Virus record (IMG/VR): IMGVR_UViG_3300025326_000022
DNA length: 20,000 nucleotides
From: an uncultured virus (IMG/VR IMGVR_UViG_3300025326_000022)
Lineage: Duplodnaviria > Heunggongvirae > Uroviricota > Caudoviricetes
Strand: one strand, 5' to 3'
Shown here: positions 1 through 9,400 of the stretch, in pieces
How positions within the stretch are numbered: the first letter of the stretch is position 1
How the letters are laid out: each line of letters starts with the position of its first letter
The notes under the pieces: model-generated
The model's input: only the letters and a program-made list of their open reading frames with translations
Databases searched by the model: none
What the model was told of the DNA's origin: nothing
Made by a program: the position numbers and the translations under genes

Positions 1-324
1 CCCCGGGGTCTTCCCATTGGACCCGACATCTACAGTGAGGTCACGGACCTGGCGGTGTCATCCGACATATTCAAATATCAAGGTAACAAATGGTTCTATG
101 GGGACGGGGTCTTGGAACTGAATGGTGAGCAGGTAAAACGAGAGGACTTGGCCCTCATCCTCCAGACCGATCCGGATCTCCTCAAGATGGTTCAGGATGA
201 TATTCTCCAGGCTCACAAGGCCCTGGAGATCCGGGGGATACACAAGACCTCACTCCCTGACCCCAGGGCCAAGATCATGGACGAAAGTCTGCAAGATCGC
301 GAGTCCGGTGAGGAACCCGAGTGA
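1..324 (+). CDS. recA: RecA/UvsX-like recombinase, C-terminal part (5'-truncated by window)
   Basis: Frame 1 is open from base 1. GPDIYSEVTDLAVSSDIFKYQGNKWFYGDG...REDLALILQTDPDLLKMVQDDI follows the RecA C-terminal domain pattern (G.d...El.dl.v...i..k.G.W..Y........l...Pel...i...i) and ends in an acidic tail. Resolvase and exonuclease genes follow directly. The ATPase core is outside the window. Confidence 0.75.
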   Translation, partial: PRGLPIGPDIYSEVTDLAVSSDIFKYQGNKWFYGDGVLELNGEQVKREDLALILQTDPDLLKMVQDDILQAHKALEIRGIHKTSLPDPRAKIMDESLQDRESGEEPE

Positions 325-728
325 ACCATTGGAAACGACGCGAACGCGACGTCATCAAGAAGTACGGCGGGAAGGTCAATGCCAACTCCGGGGCCATGTG
401 GCACAGCAAGGGAGATGGGCGCCATGGAGAACGATGGGTCCAGGAGGTCAAGAGCACGGCCAAGGATACCTTCAAGGTTACCAACGGGGTCATCCGGAAG
501 CTGCTGCAGGATGCCAGGGTATCGAGCCGTACCCCGATGCTCTTGGTCAACTTTATCCGGCATCATCGCGAGATCATCGTGGTGCCGGGCTACTGCCTGG
601 AGCTCGAGACCCTCGAGAGTGACAACACCTTGGAACCCTATAGCCACATGATCCATTTTGCCGCCGGGGGCCAGGTATTCAAAGTGGTGTCCGGTTCTAT
701 CGGGCGTGATCTTCTAAAACTTGCGTAA
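321..728 (+). CDS. Holliday junction resolvase, Hjc-like PD-(D/E)xK nuclease (135 aa)
   Basis: WKRRERDVIKKYGGKVNANSGAMWHSKGD...WVQEVKST matches the phage/archaeal Hjc-like signature E....GG.....SGA.....GD......E.K. The GTG start overlaps the upstream TGA (GTGA, 321-324). Confidence 0.8.
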   Translation: MNHWKRRERDVIKKYGGKVNANSGAMWHSKGDGRHGERWVQEVKSTAKDTFKVTNGVIRKLLQDARVSSRTPMLLVNFIRHHREIIVVPGYCLELETLESDNTLEPYSHMIHFAAGGQVFKVVSGSIGRDLLKLA

Positions 729-748
729 TTTTTAAGGATCTGTACAAT
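721..748 (+). promoter_or_regulatory. Candidate sigma70-type promoter TTGCGT-N16-TACAAT
   Basis: -35-like TTGCGT at 721-726, AT-rich 16-nt spacer, -10-like TACAAT at 743-748. An in-frame ATG lies at 756, 7 nt after the -10 element. Confidence 0.45.
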
Positions 749-1445
749 GGCCCCCATGACCCCCGAGGATATTGTCCGGCTATCCTGGCCATCGCTCCAC
801 CAGACCCCAAGGGAACCGACGGGAAGATTCTATCCAAGCAACCTGGTGAACGGTTGTCTGTTTGCCTGTTACCACGATGCTCTCAAGACCCCGGGGCTCA
901 AGGAAGACCGAACCTTCGAATCCAACGGGATGATGGACGTGGGGAAGTATATCCACGAACAAGTACAGCAGGGAATGGCCAAGCATTATGACACGGTGGG
1001 GTGGACCTATAGCCCAGAGCTCAGGATCCAGTTCTCCAGCCATTGCTCCGGCCGGTGTGATGCTGATGTCCATGGACCTCAAGAGCACCACGAGGTTCAT
1101 GAATACAAGACCTGCTCCAAGTCGGTGTTCGACAGCCTTGGCAAAACCCCGTTGGAGAAGCACGAAGACCAACTGCAACTTTACATGAGCAGGACCAACG
1201 CGACCCTTGGGTACTTGTTGTACATCTGCCGGAACGATTTCTCGACCCGGCAGTACCGGGTACCCTACAGCCCGGATCGTGCCAAGAAAATGTGGACCAT
1301 GCTCCTGAAGGTAGAGGATGCAATCACCCGCGGGGTACCACCCGAAACCAAGAAACATTGGTTCGGGACATCCCCCTGTACCTCGAGCTGCAGGTTCCGT
1401 GGCATCTGCCCCGAGGTCATGAACCCAACCACCAGGAAATTATGA
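747..1445 (+). CDS. Cas4-like / PD-(D/E)xK exonuclease with predicted 4Fe-4S cysteines (232 aa; alternative start 756)
   Basis: N-terminal FYPSNLVNGC, G..IH (GKYIHEQVQ), E (PELRI), SGRCD, EYKT, QLQLY and C-terminal CTSSCRFRGIC give the RecB/Cas4 motif order with 1+3 Cys. AAGGA lies upstream of ATG 747. No cas1/cas2 nearby. Confidence 0.85.
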   Translation: MAPMTPEDIVRLSWPSLHQTPREPTGRFYPSNLVNGCLFACYHDALKTPGLKEDRTFESNGMMDVGKYIHEQVQQGMAKHYDTVGWTYSPELRIQFSSHCSGRCDADVHGPQEHHEVHEYKTCSKSVFDSLGKTPLEKHEDQLQLYMSRTNATLGYLLYICRNDFSTRQYRVPYSPDRAKKMWTMLLKVEDAITRGVPPETKKHWFGTSPCTSSCRFRGICPEVMNPTTRKL

Positions 1446-2026
1446 AGCTTGCCCAACCATTGGATGATCCCAAGCTCCAGGCCAAGATCCAGATGTACCG
1501 CGATGCCCTGGACGTCAGGGTCGAGGTCCCGATCCCCCGGAACCCGGTGGAAAGCCCTGTCCCGGGGGTTGAGTACGACGACATCGGGTTCCCCATGATG
1601 CCCGAGGACCTGACCGTCATCACGAGCCAGGAGCTTGGGCGCCTCTACCAGGCGACCGAAGCATGGCACAACTACATCGCGGCCCTGGCGACCAACGCGG
1701 ACCATGACAAAGTGGTGTCCAAGGCCCTGAGTGACCTGATCAAAGTGGAGGTCAAGAAGGACATCCGAGCATCCGGCAAGTCCAAAGACGACGCCGATGA
1801 AGAGTACCGCGGTGACCCCCGGTACATCCAGACCGACACCGAGTACCTGACGGCCCGGATCACGGCCGACAAACTCGAAAACGCACGATCCATGATTTCC
1901 AGGAGGATCCAGTTCATCTCCCGGGAGATCACGAGACGAGGAGATGATTTCTATGGACGAGACCCAGACGCAAGGTTCAGAGATGCCAACGGAACCCTCG
2001 GACCCCAGAGGGGCCGAAAGCTCTGA
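1442..2026 (+). CDS. Helical phage protein, possible UvsY-like recombination mediator (194 aa)
   Basis: Start re-called from 1292 to ATG 1442 (ATGA overlap with the exonuclease stop, AGGA upstream, same frame). Long amphipathic helices; DPRYIQTDTEYLTARITADKLENARSMISRRIQFISREITRR resembles UvsY-type C-terminal helices. The function is inferred from this and from context. Confidence 0.5.
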   Translation: MKLAQPLDDPKLQAKIQMYRDALDVRVEVPIPRNPVESPVPGVEYDDIGFPMMPEDLTVITSQELGRLYQATEAWHNYIAALATNADHDKVVSKALSDLIKVEVKKDIRASGKSKDDADEEYRGDPRYIQTDTEYLTARITADKLENARSMISRRIQFISREITRRGDDFYGRDPDARFRDANGTLGPQRGRKL

Positions 2027-2339
2027 AGCCGAGCAATACCACGGGATCAATAACACGGAACTCCGGGTGGCCTGTGAAGCCAGGCTCAAGAGGTTCCTAT
2101 CCCCCTGGACCCAAAGGGCACTCCTTATCCAGTTCCTTGAAGGTGGAGGCGAGCCCCCTGGGAGCCCAGTGGATGAGATCAGGTTCCACCAGGCCGGGAT
2201 CCTGCTGAACCGCTTCCACATTTACCGAACCAGCATGTCGTGCGATGCCAACTGCTTTGCTCATCAAGATGTCCACGTGATGGAGTGCCAAGTGCAGAAC
2301 AAGGTTCTTCGTCACCCACGCTTCCCTCGTAACCCATAA
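1953..2339 (+). CDS. Hypothetical protein with C-terminal Cys/His cluster (128 aa)
   Basis: AGGAG at 1939-1943 is 9 nt before ATG 1953 (ATG 1944 abuts the SD). The ORF fills the gap between flanking genes and carries CDANCFAHQDVHVMEC. Confidence 0.65.
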   Translation: MDETQTQGSEMPTEPSDPRGAESSEAEQYHGINNTELRVACEARLKRFLSPWTQRALLIQFLEGGGEPPGSPVDEIRFHQAGILLNRFHIYRTSMSCDANCFAHQDVHVMECQVQNKVLRHPRFPRNP

Positions 2340-2359
2340 CCCCTTAAAAAGGAGATTGC

Positions 2360-3352
2360 ATGACCCCTCAAGAAGCTCATAACCAAACATTCGCCGAACT
2401 GGTCGGCTGGGCCGTGACCACGGCCCAACGGACCAACGTGGTGTTCCGCGGCAAAGACGGGTTACCCGTCCAGGTTGCGGAAAATTCCGACATCATGCGG
2501 TACCTGATGGACAAGTACCAGCGGGTCACCCAACCGGACCTCGTGAACGACCTCCAGGCCCTCGGGATGTTGGCCAACGGGCCTGAAGCCGGGGCTACCC
2601 AGGGGTCCGCGGTCGCCACGCCGGTCACGACGGCACCTCCGCCCGTTGCCCAGGTCCCCGGGACGGTTCCCCAACCCCAAGGCCCCGGGGTCCCAACCAG
2701 CACGATCCCGTTGCCTCCGTTTCCGTACCCGGTGTTCCGTACTGCGAACAACCACCTGGCGCTTCAGGACGGCCGACTCCTGTGTCAGCAGTGTGTCAAG
2801 GACGGGAAACCAAACCTCTACATCACCAAGACCCCCCGGGATCTCAAGGGCCTCGGGGCACATGGGCGCCTCCATGTGGACAAAACGCCCCCCGGGTATG
2901 ATCTGTCGGGTCTCCCGTTGCTACCCGACACAGTCGTGGCCCCTGGGGTAACCCCTCCATCGGTTCCCGCGGCACCGGTTCCTCAGGTTGCCCAGACCCC
3001 TGTGCCCCAGCACAACACCATCGAGACCCCCGGGCCGGTCACAACCCCGGATGTCGCGGCCGCGGCCTCGGCGATCGAGTCGCTCATGGGTCACCGGACT
3101 CTCGAGAAGACCCAGGACCCCACGGCGTCGCCCCAGCTCCCGGCCATGGGACCCGAGGCAGTCCAGTTCCTCGCGCTCAAGATTCAGGAAGCCGAGCAGA
3201 GCGTCATCCATGAGATCCGGCGGATCGAGTGGGACCTAACGGTCTATGTCTTGGGCATCATCACGTTACCAGACGACGTGAAGGCGCAGCTCTACCGGGA
3301 GTTCGCCGCCCCCCGGATGCCCAAGCTGGTGGAGTTGCTGCGGTCAGCCTGA
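2360..3352 (+). CDS. Hypothetical Pro-rich protein with central C2H2-type zinc finger (330 aa)
   Basis: Strong SD AAGGAG before ATG 2360 and high GC3. CQQC-x22-HGRLH sits between two Pro/Ala/Thr/Val/Gln-rich linkers, with helical N- and C-terminal regions. Confidence 0.8.
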   Translation: MTPQEAHNQTFAELVGWAVTTAQRTNVVFRGKDGLPVQVAENSDIMRYLMDKYQRVTQPDLVNDLQALGMLANGPEAGATQGSAVATPVTTAPPPVAQVPGTVPQPQGPGVPTSTIPLPPFPYPVFRTANNHLALQDGRLLCQQCVKDGKPNLYITKTPRDLKGLGAHGRLHVDKTPPGYDLSGLPLLPDTVVAPGVTPPSVPAAPVPQVAQTPVPQHNTIETPGPVTTPDVAAAASAIESLMGHRTLEKTQDPTASPQLPAMGPEAVQFLALKIQEAEQSVIHEIRRIEWDLTVYVLGIITLPDDVKAQLYREFAAPRMPKLVELLRSA

Positions 3353-3373
3353 TGACCACGTGACCCAGGGATC

Positions 3374-3402
3374 AAAGGCGGCGCTTCTGTGCCGCCTTTT
3401 TT
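3374..3402 (+). terminator. Rho-independent terminator between convergent operons (possibly bidirectional)
   Basis: AAAGGCGGCGC-TTCT-GTGCCGCCTTT stem (one G.U) followed by T6 (3397-3402). On the minus strand the same hairpin follows the tail-fibre TAA but has an A.C mismatch and only T3. Confidence 0.85.
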
Positions 3403-6400
3403 AGTTCAAACTGCCGGAATCCATCACACCCACCATGGACTCCATGCGGTACACCTTGAGCTTCGTGCCTATCGCGAACCCCGGGTACGGAGAATCGAAG
3501 ATGCTCATGTTGGATATCCGAACTAAGTACTCTACCGTCGTTGAACTGACGTAGAACGTCACCGGGATGACTACACCGTCAAACGGTTCACTTACAGGAC
3601 CGCTCGTCCCTACACCCCATTCTGTCTCACCGACGATACGCTCGCTATCATCGAGTACCTGCACTTCGAAGACACCGGGGTTATTAATTATGTTGGGTGT
3701 GCTCGTATCGAGGTACAGCAGCAAAAGATACATTCCGGTACTGGGTAAAGTGTTGTCCGGTATCTTGAAAGTCCCGACTAAATCCGAAAATATAAATGTG
3801 GCGACAGCGCTGGAAGCTATAGCAGAAGCTAGTGTGACCTCGTGGACTTTACGGAATTCGTCCCCGGTCAGTACCGAGGTATGAAAGTTAGCCCCGCTGG
3901 CATTCGTTACCTGTTTATTTAGTGGAATACCGAACCGGTTTCCAACGACGACAGCGGCGGGCTGACTGTCGGTATCTTCCACCTGAACACCGCGGTCAAA
4001 AGATCCGTCGCCAACATTGTTCCTCACCTGAATCATATCGTTGTAATTCGCAAGGCGTATAGCCTTGAACGTCGAGTCAAGTCCAATAAAACTGTTTTCG
4101 ATGATCCTGTTACGTCGGGACACAAAGGAAGCAGTTCCCGTGAGTTCAACACAAGAACTAAACCCAGTGTATAGTCCTGTGTTGTCGTTGGGACCGTCAA
4201 ACACGTTGCCACGGATGTCGCAATCAGAGCATTCAACAAGTAAAACATGCTGCAGCCTCGGGGAAGTAAATGTGCTGTCCTTGATGGACACCGTCGAGAG
4301 CTCCGCACGGATAAGCGTATCCCCAGAAAAAGATCCCCAATAATCAGAGCTATCTAAAGTCGTATCGGGACGGAACGTACACCCACTGACTACTGCTGAC
4401 TCGACAGAAACCAACTCTATAGCCTTCGATTTGACCACACCGGTAAACTCGCAATCCCGTACGGAAGCGTAAGCCGGAAAGCCGGAGCCAATACATTTAA
4501 TGACGGCCTCACCAAAACCTTGGGGGAGCGCCACCAAGCTTCCGGGGTACACGTCGTATCGGAATTGGCAGTTGCTGATTTTTAACACTACCCCAACGAA
4601 TCCGTAGTAACCGGCATCGGCCTGGCAACCCCATGCCGACACAAAGGAACCTGCGACAAGCCCTGGAGCCCACCGGTCAACAATCATGCCTGGACTATAG
4701 AGTGACTCCAACCCGTTGCTACCAAAGGTACACGATTGCAACTGCAGGTTAGTTGCAATTATCACGTATTTATTTGAAGTGGCGGACTCCGCCCAACTGC
4801 AGCTTCGGAACTGACAACCCCGGATACGTGTGGGCGGCGTCAGGGTACCGGAAATAAGACCGTCCGAAGCTGCTCCAGAGTACAGCGCGGCCTCTGTACA
4901 CCATCTAAACGCGGTGTCGCTAAATTCAGCATCACTAAGTTTGGTATTGAATCCATACTTGACCTTCTCAACAGCACATCTGCGGACGGCGATTTTATGA
5001 GGAGCACCGCCGTAGTTCGATGCCGAAAGGTCAAAAGCTGAATGCGTAGCCGTCGCCTGCAGCAGACCCGCGTCGACAATGGAGAACGGAAGCGTTCCCA
5101 CCGTGGGAAATGAAAGTGGACCCCCGGGGTAAAGCTTGGTGGCGTCGGCTACACCCGGGGAAGTGACTACAACGTACCCCACACCTCCGCCTAGAATAGT
5201 AAACTCTCCATTCAGTGCCCTCACGGATCCCGACCCCGAGGAGACAACCAATCTCTTACCAGCATAAAGGGAACCGTTGCTGATTTGCGGTGACATGAAC
5301 GTGTTCGCCACCGACCACGACCCTGAACCAGTGGCATAAACCGTATTGGCACTTTCAACCACACTTGCCCCTTCTATCGTCAGGTCCTCGAACTCCACAA
5401 CGAGGGGTCCACTCGACGTGTTTTCGTTCACGAATATCGACCCGTTGTTGGGTATGGAATGGGTGGAGTTAACAACAATTTTGGTAGACCCGCGGCCCTG
5501 CCCGATGAATTTTATGTGGCGGCACGGTATCTGCCCAGAGACGCCGATCTTGATGACGTCAGTGATGTTGTACGTCCCCTCTAGAAGTACAATAGACCCT
5601 CCCTTTGGATTCGTTGGACCGCCGGGTGATTCCGCTTCTAAATCACGGAGGGCGGTATTGATTGCATTCTGGGCAGAACTCGTGGCGACGTAGTCCGCCC
5701 GACCGATATTGACGGAATCGGGAGCCGCTATTACGAATGTCGCCGGCACGGAGACGTCACTTACTGCCGCCACGGTCTCCGGTATACCGGGTAAGTCATT
5801 TTTCGTGAACTGGATCGAACCCCCGTAATCCATCCAGAAGATAGGCCTCCAGGTACCCGTTGCACCCCCTGGGGTACCGGTCACGGGGACAGATCGACCC
5901 GCAATACTGTCGGACGCACTCTTGAGGGCATAGATGGCAAACAAAAAATTCGGGCTCAGGAGAGCCATCGCGTAGGCGTTGCTCCCAAATCGAGTGTCCA
6001 AGGTACTTTTCCCTACCCACACGGGTCCCGTGTCGTTGTAGTCGACGTTGTGAGTAAAGACCAGGGAGAAGGAGTCGGACGAACCAGGGGCATTCGGTCT
6101 CGGGAGACTCACATCTTGCCACTGGCGGAAGAACGACATGAACTTGAACAATGGAATCGCCCCGATGACCGCGGATGAACCGGGGGATCCCTGGACAATC
6201 GTCCCACTGGTCGTGATGGCAAAGACCATGCGCCACGTCTGGGTCCCGGGGGTCCCGGTGGCCGCGATGTAACCGGGCGCTGCCCTCAGGGTCGTGGTCT
6301 CGCCTGCGGTCAGCCGATAGAGTGCAAACAAATGACCCTCTCCCCCAACGGCCAAGGCCAAGGCTTCGGTAAAGGTGGTGTGGATATTGGTGTTTATACC

Positions 6401-9400
6401 CCAGCGCAGATTCGCACTATCGTAATTCACATTGTTGGTCAGGGCCCAACGATAAAATTCAGTTGTCGCACCTGTCGATGCGTTTGGAAACTTGACCGTA
6501 GACCATTCTTTGAACGACAGCAAAGGTGACGAATCGGAATCAAAATGACGGGCAGCCACATCAGACCCAATGCCACGCTGAAGAATCGTCCCAACGGTCT
6601 CAAGGGCCGCTCGAATGATCCCACCGTTTGAGGCCAGAAACCGGCCAACCCCGTTGCCCGTGGTATCGAAAGTAAACCGTACAGACGTGCTCAAAGAACC
6701 AGTGGTGGTACGCTCACCCGATGCCACAACGGCAAATCTCGCTGTCGTCGATGGAGGCGAATCCCCAGCGTTGGATGCCAAGGTCAGGATGAAGGCGAAG
6801 GCTGCCTTCGATGTATCCTTCTTAGACCAAAAAGCGTTGTCCCAACTATTCGACCGACCTGTCTGCCCTGTGTCGGACTGCAGGTTGACCGACAAGACAA
6901 CCGCGTCGGTAAACTGTTCCAGCACGATCCCGGGCTTGCCACTCGCGCCCCCGACCGACGCCACCACGGTCTTGAGGAACGCCAGCAACGGGCTGTTCAT
7001 ACCAGACAGCAGAGACAGTGCCCAACTTGGCAGCAGGCTCAAGAGTCCGGCGCCCCCCGTGGTGATCGAGGACACGAGCGATTGTGCCGTGGCATCGCCC
7101 CCACGGGATCCATATACCTCCAGCACCTCGCTCCCGACACCAAGGACCAATGTGGTGGAGGCCTGGGCGTTGATCTCCTTCGTGATGACGTTGGCGCCAA
7201 TTAGCAAGCCCCCGGCTTCTGTAAACGATTTTACGTTCTGGGTGATAAGGATCTTGTGACCAGCCTTCCACACCCTAAAGCTGCCGTAGGTAACACCATC
7301 GCCGTACTTTAGAATCTCTTTGCCATCGGCCAGTGGTAACGACGTACCGGAGGGTTCCTCTGATCGGTAACGGGCGCCGTCGGGCAACACAATGCCCCCG
7401 CCGTCCGACGTGATGTTTCCGACTTGGAATATACGCGATGACGTAGTTTTCGTCACGGCGCACCCGGGGTTCGACAACGAGTTGGTCAGCCGGCAATTTG
7501 CCACGATCCCGAAGGTACAGTTTAGTAAATGTATCGACCCCTTGTCCCTGGCTTCCGCAGCCTCGATGGTGAAATGGTTGCAACTCTCCAACCGAATCAA
7601 TCGGTCCGGATTTGCTGACGACATCTCCCCAGGGGCCGCGCTGATGTGCCCGATGTACAGATTGTTCACATTGACAAAGCTAAATACCCCGTGAGTTCCA
7701 GGGGACGTCACCGGTTCCGAAGAGAAATGAACCACCTGGCACCCACGGATAGCAATCTTGCTATTTACACCAGTATCAGTATTTAGCATCACTCGGTTGC
7801 CCACGAATCCGCAGGACTGGAACACCGCGCTCGTGACCGCGGTCCGGAGGGTCACGCCGTAATGATCCTTCTGACTCGGGGATGCGTTGCCTACGGACTC
7901 GATGTTACACTCCGACACGATCAACCCGTCGGTATACATTACGTCAAGCGTCCCCTGGGTTAACCCGGAGGCGAATCCCTGGACCGTCGCGATGGTGCAG
8001 GCGTGGAACACGACCCCGGAGCACTTGCGCCCAGCGTAACCATCCAGCGTGATGGCCGGGACATTACCCGACGCAAGGGTATAGAACTCCGAATCCGTTG
8101 AAGTGAACCGTTGGACTCCACGGGCATAAAGATTGAACACACTGCTGTCCGAAAGCGTCAGGGTGTTGCTCCAGTAAAGCTTCACGACCCCGCGGATCCG
8201 TTGGATCGCAACCCTAGTGGCTGCCGCAATCCTGATGGCCTTGGTCACGGGGGAGACGAACTCGCCCGATAACCTGCAGTCCGACACCACAAGGTCTGAA
8301 ATCCGCGTGACCGTGGGGTTGACCATCAGGCTCGAATACGACACGTTGACCGCCACGGGGTCACTATCGGAGGTGGCATCGAAGTCACAGTTGGTAATCC
8401 TGACGCCCGACAGCTTGGCCGACGTGATGAAGGCACTGGAGATGTCGGGTGTCCCGATCCGCACCCTTGTGAATCCAGCAAATTCGCAATTGTGGATCGA
8501 CACATCGGTATAGTCATCAGTCCCATCAAGTGGCCTCGTGGCTGGCCCAGCCAACTGCTGGGGCGCCGAGATCCACACGGCATTCTCGAGGTCTAGGAAG
8601 GGGGACGCATCGGCCGCCGCGGGGGCGTCGGAATCGAAACGAATATCCTGAACCCCAAGGTTCGAACCATTGAGCTTCAGGCAGAACCCCCGGGCAACCG
8701 AGGGTGAGTGTCGCAGCTTGATCGTCACGGACCCCAGGGCCTCGGCCCTCAGGACCACGTTGTCCCGATTGATCCGGATGTGGTTGTCGACGAAGTTGGT
8801 CACCAGGCTGCTGAGATCTCCGTAAACCCCCGGCTTGAACGAGATGACGCCCCCGTCCACCGGCAGCAGGGCCGCGACCGCGGCCTCGATGGTTGCGTTG
8901 ACCGTCGGGTAATCCGAGACATTGAACTGACCGAATGAGTTCGTTACCCCTAACCCCACGGTAATGATAGAAATTTCTCGTAACCGGTTTTCCAACCCGA
9001 TGAGCGATCGTTCTGGCGGGACCGTCGAGCTCACGGGCTCGCCCATCACCTCGGCCAGCTTGGCCCCCAGGAACCCGGCGTCACCGAAGCTGCCGCTCGC
9101 GGCCCGGAGGCTGTCGGGTGATAACTCCCCGAATTTCGCATAGCTCCCGAATCCAAAATCGATCTGTGGATTAGCCACGGGCCCCGGGAGCCCAACGATA
9201 TCCACGTTGGTAATCAAGCGGAACTTGTTGGTAGCACCTTCGAACCCGCTGGGGTGCAGGGGGTTGATATACGACGATCCGGCGCCCCCAAGAGAATCCC
9301 CAATGAACGATCCGATGTGTGAAGCGTTCTCCTGGCATTGGCTCTCGGCCAACCAGGCCTTGATGATCCGCTGGGATGTCGCGACCCCCGCTTCCTTGAC

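Noticed and set aside
1292..1441. N-terminal extension of the 244-aa ORF in the track
   Set aside because: Lies wholly inside the exonuclease gene; ATG 1442 has an SD and an ATGA coupling.
747..1445. CRISPR-Cas locus
   Set aside because: No cas1, cas2, effector genes or array; the neighbours are recombination genes.
1265..2221. 318-aa minus-strand ORF and the many other antisense or alternate-frame ORFs in the track
   Set aside because: They overlap well-supported genes, lack motifs and are expected shadows in GC-rich DNA.
3401..3900. Diversity-generating retroelement target at the fibre C-terminus
   Set aside because: No C-type lectin-like ending recognised, and no near-identical template repeat or reverse transcriptase seen in the window.
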